Origin: a virus
Lineage: Duplodnaviria > Heunggongvirae > Uroviricota > Caudoviricetes
Length of the DNA: 64,000 nt
Direction: 5' to 3' (one strand)
Virus record (IMG/VR): IMGVR_UViG_2693429668_000006
The translations under genes and the position numbers were made by a program. Below, piece after piece: positions 27,165 to 37,434 of the stretch (position 1 is its first letter; each line of letters opens with the position of its first letter). The notes beneath the pieces were generated by a model. It made no database searches and was not told where the DNA came from. It saw nothing but the letters and a program-made list of their open reading frames with translations.

Positions 27165-30100
27165 TCAGTTACTTGTTGCCCCAACAGTACCTGCAAATTT
27201 CAGCCATTGACCTGACGGACTTCTATTACTACGGTAGTGATAAACGAGGATTGCGTTTGTAATCCCACCATAGTCAGCTTTGTGTGACGTCGTTAAACGA
27301 ATTGTATAATCACCGTTAGGTAGATTAAAAACTTCGATTATAGATTCTGCTAATTCTACAGCACCAAATCCCGTTATATTGTTGATACTGCCAGCATTGA
27401 ATCCCATAGCATCGCCAAAGCCAATCCAATAACTTTTGCTAAACGCCCCATTTGATTTTAGGTGGCTAATGAATGCGGACAAGCTCATGCCCATATCCCC
27501 ACCTGAAACAGAGGAAGTTCGCACAGTCATACTTGGAAGAGCACTGCTCTTCACATAGGAACTTAGAAGGTTTGTTACCTCTGTTTTCGTGTAAGCATTA
27601 AGGTTAGCCGCAGTCAAAGTTATATCGGCAGAGCCATCAAACGCCACACCAGCAATTTTCCTTGCTGTCTGCAATTTTGTGGCGGTTGCGGCATTACCAG
27701 TAGTGTTCTGGTTCCCATCTGCATTCACACCTGGAATGCTGTCTTTTTTAGTATATATCTGAGTCCAGTCCTCTTCGAACCCATAGCCATCACGTGATGA
27801 ACGGTAATACAATCCACCATTTTTATAATGCGCTCGGATTTGGAGAGTCCGACAACTACCTACGCCTATATAAAAATTTGCAACGATATAAGAATCCCCG
27901 GAGCGTGTAACATTATACGCACCTGATTCGGCATTCCACGGGACCGCACCACTAGCATCGGCATAAGTTCCAGTAGCGCGTCGAGCAAAAGCAGATACAT
28001 TTGCAGCTGTTAGTGTTATATCAGCAGAACCATCAAAAGACACGCCGCTTATTTTTCTAGCAGTTTGCAACTTCGTAGCTGTTGAAGCATTACCGTTCAA
28101 ACTACCATTTACGCCACCAGTAACATTTAGTCCATTACCAATGGACACAGCACCGCTGGTATTATTAATTGTAATAGGTCGCAAACCGTTCCATGAACCT
28201 AATGTGTCTCCTGATGCTGTTAGCATGAAATATGTGTTCGATCCATCATTACGGATAAAGAACCCAAAGCTACCGTAAGCAATGCGGAAACCATTTGCAT
28301 ATTTTGAAACGATCTCACCAGAAGACGTTAATCCGCCAGTTAACGCTCCTCCAGATAGTGGTAAAGCTCCGACATCAGCCGCAGTAGGCTTGTTTTTAGT
28401 GTTATACGCTCTGCGCCATCCTGGTGAATAGCTCGTCCCGTTAAATACATAGATAAACTCCGCATTAGTGAGAGCACCAGAGACACTCGCCGTTGTGGCC
28501 GTTGTTATACGGATCGTATAATTGTTTGAGCTACTACCGTTATTAAATACCTCTATAACAGCTCCTGCTAATGGAATAACGCCACAACCAGTTTCACTAT
28601 TTGGTATGGTTGCACTATTGGCATAGGCCCACGCACATCGAGCAATCCATGACTTTGTGTTAAATGCTCCATTATTTTGCAATAACGTCACTAACTGTGC
28701 TGTTGTTATTGCTCCGCCATTACTTCCTGTAGTTAACCAACCAGTAGGAGATGCCGGGCAACCTATATTTGCTGGCGACAAGGAAATATTTGCCGAGCCG
28801 TCAAACGACACCCCATTGATAGTACGCGCAGTCTGCAACTTCGTAGCAGTAGCCGCGTTGCCCGTTGTATTCTGATTACCAGTCGTATTAACACCTGGCA
28901 AATTAATATTCGCAGTACCATCAAAGCTCACGCCGCCGATAGTTCTTGCCGTCTGAAGTTTTGTAGCAGTTGCAGCATTACCAGTGGTGTTCTGATTACC
29001 CGTAGTGTTTACACCTGGAAGGTTAATATTTGCAGAACCGTCGAAAACAACTCCACCGATAGATCTTGCCGTCTGCAATTTCGTGGCTGTACTTGCATTA
29101 CCATTCAATGAACCAGTTAATCCACCTGTAACAGACAACGGACCTGAAACTGTTCCTCCGGTTGTTGGCAGTGCTCCAATATCTGATGGTGTAGGTTTCT
29201 GATGTGAGCTATACATCGTATAAACAACACCATCGGTAACGCTGGAAGGCTTACTCGCTGAATATGTTGGCGAGGTATAAATAGAAACTGTCGCATTTGC
29301 AGTACAATCCCAATGGATATTTACACGAGTCGCATAATTGCCAATCTCAACGTAAATATCATATGTATCGCCGGATGTGTTGATCCAGGCGAAATTCGTT
29401 AATCCGACAGCTGTACGCTTCCACAAAGCACCTGTAATCCCTTTGGGGTTTCCATTGCCTGCTCGTAGAACCAGTTCTGAAATGCCTGCCTGATGTGGGG
29501 AGCCGACGTTGTAACCAGCGCCACCAATCAATGCGATGTAAACGATGGAACTCGCTTGTGGCATGGTAACCGTAGCCAGTTTGAACCACCCTGCCCCGCC
29601 AGAGAAAGACATCGTTACTGAATTTAAAGTACCAATATCTTTCGGCGTTAATGTGATATCCGCAGTCAGTGCTTTACCGTTAACTTTTCGGTTAGATGGC
29701 ACCCTGCTATTCGCATTGTCATTGGCTGCTTTAACTGCTTTTGGCGTTGCGGCCAGCGATTCACTGGTGCTGTCGACAGCACTGCTAAGTTTCACAACAC
29801 CTTTAGTTGTAAGGCTTGCGTCTTCCATCGCAACTGCACCGGCAATCTCTTCAGCACGATCAGCAGCAGCTTCCGCACGGGTCGCAGCGGATTCAGCAGC
29901 AGTTTTGCTCTGAGATGCTGCCGTCGCACTGCCTGCCGCCTCTGTTGCTTTCGTGGATGCCGTCGTGGCACTGCCCTTCGCTGCTGACGCCTGTCTGGTC
30001 GCCTCATCTTTTGAAGCAGACGCAGATGATGCCGATGACGCCGCCGAACTGGCGGACGATGCGGCAGCCGTTTTTGAGGATTCTGCGCTGGTTTCCGACG

Positions 30101-31190
30101 CTTTCGCGTTCGTTTCGGATGTCTTCGCTGCGGAAGCAGACCTCGCTGCTGCGCTAGCCTGTTCAGTGGCTTCGCCAGCCTTCGTTGTGGCTGTTGAAGC
30201 AGACGATGCGGCACTTTCTGCCGATTTTCCGGCGGCGGTGGCACTGGCTGAGGCCTGCCCGGCACTTGTTGACGCGGCACTGGCAGACGACGCAGCCGCT
30301 GTTTTTGAGCCTGCCGCAGCTGAGGCACTCTGTGCTGCTGCCGTCTCAGAAGACTTAGCGTTCGTCTCGGACGTTTTTGCCGCCTTCGCGGAATTGCCTG
30401 CCGCTGTTGCCGAGGAGGCTGCACTACTGGCGCTCAAGGATGCGTTCGTTTCTGATGATTTCGCTGCCTCTTTTGAGGCCGCCGCATCCCGGGCTGAGGT
30501 GGCAGCTTCTGACGCTTTCGTGGTCGCGGTGGATGCAGAAGTGGCTGCTGATTGTTGTGACGCTGCGGCATTCGTTTCAGATTTTTTCGCAGCAGTTGCA
30601 CTCGCACTTGCGGCACTTTGTGAGGATGCCGCAGCGGATGCACTTTGAGACGCTTGAGAGGCTTTTTCTCCAGCGGTATTGGCGCTTTCTGCTGCTGCGG
30701 CAGCACTGGCCGCTGCCTCACGAGCTTTGTCGCCAGCAGCATCAATCGCGTCAGTGTTATTTTTATACCACTCAACGTTTTCGTTGTGCTCGTTGACGAT
30801 CTGCATTAGCGGCTTAACGGTTACTTCTGTACCGTCTTCACGCTCGATTGTCACCTCATCCAGAGCAGTCAACCAACTGCGCATAGACTTGGAATCAGCC
30901 GACATACGCGACATTAGTGCTGTAAAGCGCGCGCTAAACTGTGTTAAGTCGCCTTCATAGGTCGTAATGATTCGGCACGGAACCTCAGACTGAGTTTCGC
31001 CGGTATAAGGTTCTGAGAGAACAATATTCGTATCGCTTATTACGCGCTTGATCTCATACAGCTTATTGTCGGGGCCAATGACGATCATCCCCGGCAACAC
31101 ACCATTAGCTGTTACGTTCCAGGCTGTCCCTGCCCCAACCAGAGTATTGCTACCCTGTGTAAATGTGATAGTACCTTCCCTGTACCACAT
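27165..31190 (-). CDS. side tail fiber protein with Ala/Ser-rich rod and multiple phage tail-fibre repeats
   Basis: 1341 aa; about 300-aa A/S/T-rich low-complexity segment; at least 6 copies of GN(A/S)(A/S)TATKLQTAR(x)I(G/S)GV(x)FDG(S/T)A(N/D)I as in lambda Stf-type fibres. Confidence 0.85.
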   Translation of the reverse strand: MWYREGTITFTQGSNTLVGAGTAWNVTANGVLPGMIVIGPDNKLYEIKRVISDTNIVLSEPYTGETQSEVPCRIITTYEGDLTQFSARFTALMSRMSADSKSMRSWLTALDEVTIEREDGTEVTVKPLMQIVNEHNENVEWYKNNTDAIDAAGDKAREAAASAAAAAESANTAGEKASQASQSASAAASSQSAASASATAAKKSETNAAASQQSAATSASTATTKASEAATSARDAAASKEAAKSSETNASLSASSAASSATAAGNSAKAAKTSETNAKSSETAAAQSASAAAGSKTAAASSASAASTSAGQASASATAAGKSAESAASSASTATTKAGEATEQASAAARSASAAKTSETNAKASETSAESSKTAAASSASSAASSASSASASKDEATRQASAAKGSATTASTKATEAAGSATAASQSKTAAESAATRAEAAADRAEEIAGAVAMEDASLTTKGVVKLSSAVDSTSESLAATPKAVKAANDNANSRVPSNRKVNGKALTADITLTPKDIGTLNSVTMSFSGGAGWFKLATVTMPQASSIVYIALIGGAGYNVGSPHQAGISELVLRAGNGNPKGITGALWKRTAVGLTNFAWINTSGDTYDIYVEIGNYATRVNIHWDCTANATVSIYTSPTYSASKPSSVTDGVVYTMYSSHQKPTPSDIGALPTTGGTVSGPLSVTGGLTGSLNGNASTATKLQTARSIGGVVFDGSANINLPGVNTTGNQNTTGNAATATKLQTARTIGGVSFDGTANINLPGVNTTGNQNTTGNAATATKLQTARTINGVSFDGSANISLSPANIGCPASPTGWLTTGSNGGAITTAQLVTLLQNNGAFNTKSWIARCAWAYANSATIPNSETGCGVIPLAGAVIEVFNNGSSSNNYTIRITTATTASVSGALTNAEFIYVFNGTSYSPGWRRAYNTKNKPTAADVGALPLSGGALTGGLTSSGEIVSKYANGFRIAYGSFGFFIRNDGSNTYFMLTASGDTLGSWNGLRPITINNTSGAVSIGNGLNVTGGVNGSLNGNASTATKLQTARKISGVSFDGSADITLTAANVSAFARRATGTYADASGAVPWNAESGAYNVTRSGDSYIVANFYIGVGSCRTLQIRAHYKNGGLYYRSSRDGYGFEEDWTQIYTKKDSIPGVNADGNQNTTGNAATATKLQTARKIAGVAFDGSADITLTAANLNAYTKTEVTNLLSSYVKSSALPSMTVRTSSVSGGDMGMSLSAFISHLKSNGAFSKSYWIGFGDAMGFNAGSINNITGFGAVELAESIIEVFNLPNGDYTIRLTTSHKADYGGITNAILVYHYRSNRSPSGQWLKFAGTVGATSN
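28780..29140. repeat. three tandem ~120-bp imperfect repeats inside the tail fiber gene
   Basis: Units beginning at roughly 28784, 28904 and 29024 (ATATTTGCCGAGCCGTCAAACGACACC... / ATTCGCAGTACCATCAAAGCTCACGCC... / ATTTGCAGAACCGTCGAAAACAACTCC...); dispersed related copies near 27600 and 27990. Confidence 0.8.
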
Positions 31191-31283
31191 GTTGAATATG
31201 CTCCTTGATTTGGCGGGTTATCCTTGCCCGCCATTAAGTAAATACTTACCTATTTTTACCGATATAAAATTTTTTTTCCACCA

Positions 31284-34200
31284 TCACAGACGGCCAATTC
31301 TTACTCGTAGGACGTTGTTATCGTCATAAACGTCAATCCGCTGACCATTTATAACCAATCTCCCATTGCCGCCGCTATTACCGTTGATCTCAAGCGTTCC
31401 ATTTTTGCCGAACCGCCATCCAGATCTACCGCTAACAAAATTGGTAGATTGCAGATCGCCTACTTTTGCATTGGTGATTGTGCCATCCTTGATATACGCT
31501 CCATTCATATAGGCGATACTGTTTTCGATAACAAATGGCGTTGTGATCTTCCCGTTAACAGAGTTGACCAAACCAAACCTGTCCGCCTGAACCAAAAACT
31601 GAGATAGCCCAGTGGTGTCAATACCAAGCGCAATACCGGCAACATACTTCTGCCCTCCGCTCGTTGAAGTCTCCATTTTCAACGTCCACGCGGTTGATAC
31701 TTTTTTGTTGGTATCAGCAATAGCTGTTGCCTGCTGTTGAATTGTCGCGGTATTTCCATCCACCTCTGCTTTCAGAGTATCGATTCGCCCACTCAGAGCA
31801 TTATCTGCCTGCGTTCTCGCTGTCGTTTCAGTTGTGACCGCCGCAGAAATGTTGGCTGCTGTTTGAGACTCTAAGTTTGTGATTTGAGTCGCCAATGCAG
31901 CATCTTGCTCTGTACGCGTTTTCGTTTCGGTTGCTACAGCCGCTTTAATATCCTCTTTGTATTGAGAGGTCAGCTTGGTGATCTGAGACGACAACGCCGA
32001 GTCAGCATCAGTTCGAGCCTGCGTTTCAACTGCAACGGCCGCACTAATATCTTTCGCTGTCTGTGCTTTTAAACTTGAAACCTCTTTTGTTAAAGCGGTA
32101 TCACCATCTGCACGAGCCGTTGTTTCTCTGGCAAGAGACGCCTCGAGATCATTAGCTTTTGCTGTAAGAGACGTAATCTGGGTAGACAATGCACTATCGG
32201 CATCAGTCCTTGCTTTTGTCTCTACAGCAACCGCTGCGGCAATATCAGTTCCGGTTTGTGCTCGCAGGCTGTTAATTTCTCGTGAGAGCGCCTGGTCAGC
32301 ACTTGCTCTGGCCTCCTGCTCCTGAGTGATGGCCGCGGATATATCACCGTCAACCTTTGACTGAAGCTGGTTTATTTGTTTGGCTAACGCAGAGTCCCCG
32401 CTTGCTCGGGCCTCCTGCTCACTACGTATTGCAGCAGAAATATCATCATCAACCTTTGCCTGAAGTTGGGTGATCTGGCTTGCCAGAGCCGAATCTTCCG
32501 TTGCTCGGGCTTCTTGCTCTTCCTTAATGGCTGCGACGATATCGTTGCTTACTTTCGACTCAAGCTGAGTGATCTGTGTCGTCAGAGCTTCATCGGCAGA
32601 TGTACGAGCCTCCTGCTCTGTACTAATCGCCGCGCTGATATCTCCTTCAAACTTAGATTGCAGCTGAGTGACACGCTTTGCCAACGCTTCATCGCCATCG
32701 GCACGAGCGGTGGACTCTTCCAGAATACTGGCCTTAATGTCTTCGCCAATTTCTACGCGAATTTCCTCAACCTTCGTGGCCATTGCAGACATATCATCAG
32801 CAAAGGTTTTCTGTGTTGTTGCGATCTTCGCGTTATTGACCATCTGCTTGTGCTGGTCTTCATCTTGACGAAGAGCCAGGTCAATATTTGTTTTGGCTAA
32901 CGCCTCAATGTTCGTAGTCAGTTCTGCACTGGCACGATCGACCTCTGCAACCGTCTTTTTCATTTCTTCAACGGCAGCGGAGCTTTCCTCTACCGTTGAC
33001 TGCAACACTTCCAGTTGTTTAGCGTTTGCAGCATCGCCTTCAACACGAGCCTCGCTTTCCTTAGCAATAAGAGCCGCCGCTTCATCTCTTGCAGCCTTTA
33101 TTGCCTCGACTGTATTAGCGAGAGCTTTATCGTGTTCAGATACGGTGTTTTCGATTTCAACAATTGCAGCATCAGTAGCATCAATTTTTTCAAACGCTTC
33201 ATTGACCTTGTCGATCGTTGCCGAAACCTCACCTTTAAGCTCGGTTTGTGCGTTCTCCAAAGCATCGCTACGCTCGTTGAATTTTATTTCAAAATCCGCG
33301 AGGTTATCGCTGAACTGCTTATCTAATTCAGCTATATCTTCCTTAACGTCGTTTACCGCCCCCTCCAAAGATTCGACGCTCTGGTTGATATGCTCATTTA
33401 ACTCGTCAACTGCTTCTTGAGAGGCTTTGCTGTTGATGTCCTCAAGCAGAGCCTGACCAAGCTCGGAAGATGTAATTTTGCCAGTCAGGAACGACAGTAC
33501 ATCGCGAGTTGTCGCCTCTGTACCCAAGTTTGAGTTCGGAGGACTTAACATACCTCGCTTGTTCGATGCTCGAACCCAGTAATACCACGTTTCGCTATCC
33601 CCAAGACCAGCATGTGTAAAGGTGGTGCTTGCAGACTCTGCGATCAGTTTCGCCGTATCCAGATTGTTGGTCTGGGATGCGTAAACATTAATGTGATCAA
33701 GGTCTACCGAATCTGGATTAACCCAATTCAGTATCACATTACGATAGTCTCCAACGGCCGTTAATGACGTTGGGGCATCCGGCGGTGTCATTGTGCCCAA
33801 CACCTGATAAACGGTACTGATAATCTCTGTTTTTTTACCGTTGAATGAAACCGCATACAGCTGGAAGTCGTAGCGTCCATTCTCCGCGACATTAACGATT
33901 TCGTATTGCTCTTCGGTTACACGCGCCGATTGCCAGTTCGATACATTGTTTTCATCAGAACGTCGCCAACTGATCCAATACTCTGGAGATTTCCCTTCCC
34001 ATGTTGCAGTCAGTTTTACTGACAGGTTGCCCGGGCTTGAGAGATAAGTCCCTTCAGTGATTTGCAGATTAGATGGCTTGGAGTAAGTTGGGTCCAATAC
34101 CGTCGTATTCTGCGGGATCAGCGTTGCACCATTGTCGATTGCCTCATATTTAGACGGATTGTTCTCAACAGCGGTGATGTCAAAGCTACCCGGCGTTTCC

Positions 34201-36017
34201 CCCTGCGCGATGTTAACGATGCGAACGCGCATAGGTTCGAGGTCTGGTTCTGTAATAGTCCAGACGCCGTTCAAAACAGGCGTTTCAGCCGAAGACAGGG
34301 CTTTTGAAAACGTAACTTTTGTTATATTTTCGCCAGTTTCAAGAACATCGCGTTCAACGATTTTGCCTTCCTGATTCAGTATTCGAATAAAGCAGCCGCC
34401 TTTGGCTAACGACACAGGCGCATCGAGTGTGACGCTGTTTTTGGTAAACGCCACAATTCGACCTGAGTTACGTTTGCCTGCGCGATATTTGTTCTGAATC
34501 AGAACGGTTTCACCAGGCATCAGAAATGACGCGTCTAAGCCGGCAGTAAATGTAATTACATCCGACTCCATTCTGGCGGTATATAAAAGCCACAAACCAA
34601 CTCGGTGAGCCTGCCCTCGGCTTGTACAGCCAAATGCTACGACTTCTGTTTTACGCTCACCATAACGGCGCATTGCGTCCTGATCTTCGACGTACTCGAT
34701 GTTTTGCTTATAACCGTCCTCCTTGTTGTTGTAGGTTACGAGCGCAACGGATGGGCGATCTTTACGCGCAGAACCTTTATAGGTAAACAATCCATCTTTG
34801 ACGTTAGAGTTGGTAAACATCATTACCGGATCTGATGGGCTATCCTGCATGATGTTAACCATCCCACCAGCCCAAAACACCATGCCGCGGAATGCTCCGG
34901 CAATATCCTGAATTAGCCGGTATGCGTCCTGTCGACTGGTGATCTGCGTATTGATTGCAAAGCGTTTCTCTTTGCCACCAAAGCCATCATCGACCTCTTC
35001 GTCACAATATCGACCAATCTGGTACAACTGGCCAAGGTCAATCATAGATTCCGACACATACTGACCAAGGCCATATCGAGCATTGGTCAGCAAATCAAAG
35101 AGAATCCACGCGGGGTTCGAAGAAGACAACAGCTTAAAAGTGCCATCCCATACCCCAGCGTAAGTGTTACTGGACTCGTTATAGTTTGAAGGTACTCGAA
35201 TTTTTAGGCCACGCACCAGATAAGAGCGAGATGGCATGGTGCTGCCGAATTGCTCAGAGTTTACCTTCAATCCAACCAAAACAGAGTTTGGATAGTTCAT
35301 CGGTGTATCGACAATTTCCCCGATTGAATCCACCCATGTATCGTTATAGAGATACTGGCTACTGTTATCATCGGTAATACGGACCACACGAACCTTGTAT
35401 GCTCGTCCAGGCTTAGGCAGCTTCAGCTCATAGCTACGGTAATAAACGCCGGTCTTCTTTGCTGTTAGCTTAATGCCAACGCTTTTTTCACCTTCAGCGA
35501 CCACATCTACAAATGTTGAGTCGCCATTTGCTATCTGGAACTTGTACTCAACAGTCGTACCGTTCGTGTCACCAGTTTTTTTATCTATGCTTCGCAAAGA
35601 AGGAAACTTCATGATGACACGAACCCGATCAGCTTCATCGTTATCGATTGAAACCGTTACATAATGTGTTTTTTTTAACTGGATATTGACGGATTTAGGC
35701 GTTTCAACGAAATCAAAGCCAGACATTGGAGTCTGGTCTTGTGAACCGTCGCGAAAATCCCATGTGATTCCGCTGAAGTTGGAGGAACCGTCTTCATTTA
35801 CAATCGGCAGATCGTCGATAAAAATAGATCTTGCGCCATTTACTAAGCCGCCAATTACCCCTTCCCCAAGAAGATCGAGGATAGCGGCCATTGCACGAGA
35901 ATTTACGGTATCGTCGGCTTCAACCGGTGTACGGCTGGAGCTTTTGCTGCTTTTTTTACCACCCGCACCGGCAATAAACAGCGGTAGCTTTTTCTTCTTG
36001 AACTGTTCCATGTTCAA
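31284..36017 (-). CDS. host specificity / tail tip protein (lambda gpJ-like) with long C-terminal coiled-coil repeat region
   Basis: 1577 aa; N-terminal two-thirds resembles gpJ-type tip attachment proteins; position after I-K-L-M as in lambda; C-terminal about ten 33-aa tandem repeats. Confidence 0.8.
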   Translation of the reverse strand: MNMEQFKKKKLPLFIAGAGGKKSSKSSSRTPVEADDTVNSRAMAAILDLLGEGVIGGLVNGARSIFIDDLPIVNEDGSSNFSGITWDFRDGSQDQTPMSGFDFVETPKSVNIQLKKTHYVTVSIDNDEADRVRVIMKFPSLRSIDKKTGDTNGTTVEYKFQIANGDSTFVDVVAEGEKSVGIKLTAKKTGVYYRSYELKLPKPGRAYKVRVVRITDDNSSQYLYNDTWVDSIGEIVDTPMNYPNSVLVGLKVNSEQFGSTMPSRSYLVRGLKIRVPSNYNESSNTYAGVWDGTFKLLSSSNPAWILFDLLTNARYGLGQYVSESMIDLGQLYQIGRYCDEEVDDGFGGKEKRFAINTQITSRQDAYRLIQDIAGAFRGMVFWAGGMVNIMQDSPSDPVMMFTNSNVKDGLFTYKGSARKDRPSVALVTYNNKEDGYKQNIEYVEDQDAMRRYGERKTEVVAFGCTSRGQAHRVGLWLLYTARMESDVITFTAGLDASFLMPGETVLIQNKYRAGKRNSGRIVAFTKNSVTLDAPVSLAKGGCFIRILNQEGKIVERDVLETGENITKVTFSKALSSAETPVLNGVWTITEPDLEPMRVRIVNIAQGETPGSFDITAVENNPSKYEAIDNGATLIPQNTTVLDPTYSKPSNLQITEGTYLSSPGNLSVKLTATWEGKSPEYWISWRRSDENNVSNWQSARVTEEQYEIVNVAENGRYDFQLYAVSFNGKKTEIISTVYQVLGTMTPPDAPTSLTAVGDYRNVILNWVNPDSVDLDHINVYASQTNNLDTAKLIAESASTTFTHAGLGDSETWYYWVRASNKRGMLSPPNSNLGTEATTRDVLSFLTGKITSSELGQALLEDINSKASQEAVDELNEHINQSVESLEGAVNDVKEDIAELDKQFSDNLADFEIKFNERSDALENAQTELKGEVSATIDKVNEAFEKIDATDAAIVEIENTVSEHDKALANTVEAIKAARDEAAALIAKESEARVEGDAANAKQLEVLQSTVEESSAAVEEMKKTVAEVDRASAELTTNIEALAKTNIDLALRQDEDQHKQMVNNAKIATTQKTFADDMSAMATKVEEIRVEIGEDIKASILEESTARADGDEALAKRVTQLQSKFEGDISAAISTEQEARTSADEALTTQITQLESKVSNDIVAAIKEEQEARATEDSALASQITQLQAKVDDDISAAIRSEQEARASGDSALAKQINQLQSKVDGDISAAITQEQEARASADQALSREINSLRAQTGTDIAAAVAVETKARTDADSALSTQITSLTAKANDLEASLARETTARADGDTALTKEVSSLKAQTAKDISAAVAVETQARTDADSALSSQITKLTSQYKEDIKAAVATETKTRTEQDAALATQITNLESQTAANISAAVTTETTARTQADNALSGRIDTLKAEVDGNTATIQQQATAIADTNKKVSTAWTLKMETSTSGGQKYVAGIALGIDTTGLSQFLVQADRFGLVNSVNGKITTPFVIENSIAYMNGAYIKDGTITNAKVGDLQSTNFVSGRSGWRFGKNGTLEINGNSGGNGRLVINGQRIDVYDDNNVLRVRIGRL
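31730..32720. repeat. about ten tandem 99-bp (33-aa) coiled-coil repeats within the gpJ-like gene
   Basis: Protein repeats ALxxQITQLxSKVxxDISAAIxxEQEARxxxDx; DNA periodicity visible across this interval. Confidence 0.75.
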
Positions 36018-36028
36018 AAAATCCTTGT

Positions 36029-36622
36029 TTACATTAGCTGGTCAATCGTGATTGAAGAACTCACAACCTGTGAGCCAACCAGAATTTCCTCGCCATAGAT
36101 AAGTTGTACTGGGTTGCCCTGGTTTTCTGTATTTTGAGGGCCGTCGAAATAATAAGAGTTCGAGTTATCTGCCTGTCTCACACTTTCGTTAGTGGCTTGC
36201 GGCGATATGATTTGTGATATGCCGCCCATCATCAGTGACAAACCGAGAGGTGCTAAAGCAGGCATCACTACCGCCGATACAACCAACAAAGCGGCCCCTA
36301 CTACCGTCTGAAACCACCCAAAAGCAGATCCACCGCTTCCTCGCGGAACAGGTGTAATGCGGATTTTGGCAATGTTGTCAGACTGCCCCATCATCTGATA
36401 TTCACTTTCGTCAACAGACCACTTGTGGCCCTGTTTATTGGTGATCTGGATGTGGTAACGGTCATAGGTTTTGATATTGCGCTTCATCCATGCTTTAAAC
36501 CCAGGCTTGTTGGCCTCAATTAAATCCAGAGCCTGTTTTGTATTGCGCACCTTTAGATGCCAGTGGCGGCCAAAATGTTTGGCCATAGGGCCGCCAAGCT
36601 GCACATGAACTAACTCAGACAC
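36029..36622 (-). CDS. tail assembly protein (lambda gpI-like)
   Basis: 197 aa; C-terminal hydrophobic region GWFQTVVGAALLVVSAVVMPALAPLGLSLMMGG typical of gpI family; synteny K-I-J. Confidence 0.7.
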   Translation of the reverse strand: MSELVHVQLGGPMAKHFGRHWHLKVRNTKQALDLIEANKPGFKAWMKRNIKTYDRYHIQITNKQGHKWSVDESEYQMMGQSDNIAKIRITPVPRGSGGSAFGWFQTVVGAALLVVSAVVMPALAPLGLSLMMGGISQIISPQATNESVRQADNSNSYYFDGPQNTENQGNPVQLIYGEEILVGSQVVSSSITIDQLM

Positions 36623-37434
36623 GTCTCATCTCCCTTGAGCAAGTCTCTGTGACGCAAGTGATGCGTCGTATGTTTCTGATACATTCCGCCGTAATAAGCA
36701 CGACAACTAAGACGGTCGATCTGGTGATGAAGAATCATTCCATCGCCGATATAAACCGCGCAGTGATCTGGCATTTTCCCGTATTGAATAAAGAAGACGT
36801 CCCCACGTTGAGGCTCTGTTCTAGGTGCAAGCCGTACCAATCCCTCGTTTCGGTAGTTCTGGTCGAGAATGTCGTTATCGCCGGTGTACCACGATGGAAT
36901 ATGCAGGTGTGCGTTCGGGTTAAGCTCGACGTTAAACTCACGCTTCAAATAGTCCCGACACAACATCCAGCAATCGAATACGCCAAATACATACGGTCTA
37001 CCCAGGTATGGCATTTCGAAACCATCAGGTGTGATCACATTCATCTCGCTAAAATGGAAAGGGGCATCTCCCTCAACATTCTTGCGAATAGCCAGAATCA
37101 TCCACGGAACTTCCGTCGCTTCACAGCCTGCACGATCGGCATCAGATGCTTCTGCTGATTCATCAGTATGTGAATGCCAGATTGCGATTACGTCACCTGC
37201 ATCCTCTGCCGCCATAATGTCGTCAACGTGCATTACAAAAGTGTTCTGCGGGTTCTCCGAAACATTTCGCGCTTCCATAAAGCGATATTTGTCGCCATTA
37301 GTTCTCACCAGAAAGCCACACGCTTCATTAGGGTAGCGATTTATGGCGCAGAGATAGATTTGCTGCATAACATCAGAGCCAAGCTCAGGGATTGCTTTAT
37401 TACCCATATCGCGTAGCTCCAATAAACCCGCCAA
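36610..37434 (-). CDS. tail assembly protein (lambda gpK-like; JAB/MPN plus NlpC/P60 domains)
   Basis: 274 aa; JAMM motif WHSHTDESAEASDAD; Cys-containing DCWMLCRDY consistent with NlpC/P60. Confidence 0.8.
   Translation of the reverse strand: MAGLLELRDMGNKAIPELGSDVMQQIYLCAINRYPNEACGFLVRTNGDKYRFMEARNVSENPQNTFVMHVDDIMAAEDAGDVIAIWHSHTDESAEASDADRAGCEATEVPWMILAIRKNVEGDAPFHFSEMNVITPDGFEMPYLGRPYVFGVFDCWMLCRDYLKREFNVELNPNAHLHIPSWYTGDNDILDQNYRNEGLVRLAPRTEPQRGDVFFIQYGKMPDHCAVYIGDGMILHHQIDRLSCRAYYGGMYQKHTTHHLRHRDLLKGDETCLS

Noticed and set aside
28780-29140. Tandem ~120-bp repeats considered as a possible CRISPR-like or satellite array
   Set aside because: Units are about 120 bp with no separate spacers, are imperfect, and encode the repeated tail-fibre motif in frame; they are coding repeats.
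29792-30796. Several long overlapping ORFs (up to 231 aa, Arg/Pro/Gln- or Ala/Asp-rich) on both strands inside the tail fiber gene
   Set aside because: Artefacts of the GC-rich, stop-codon-poor Ala/Ser-rich repeat region of the tail fiber; the fiber frame is continuous across 1341 codons.
32466-33420. Plus-strand ORFs (66-175 aa) antisense to the gpJ-like gene, and similar antisense ORFs (38653-42999) within the tape measure gene
   Set aside because: Serine/Cys-rich random-looking translations within long, well-supported minus-strand structural genes; no start signals.
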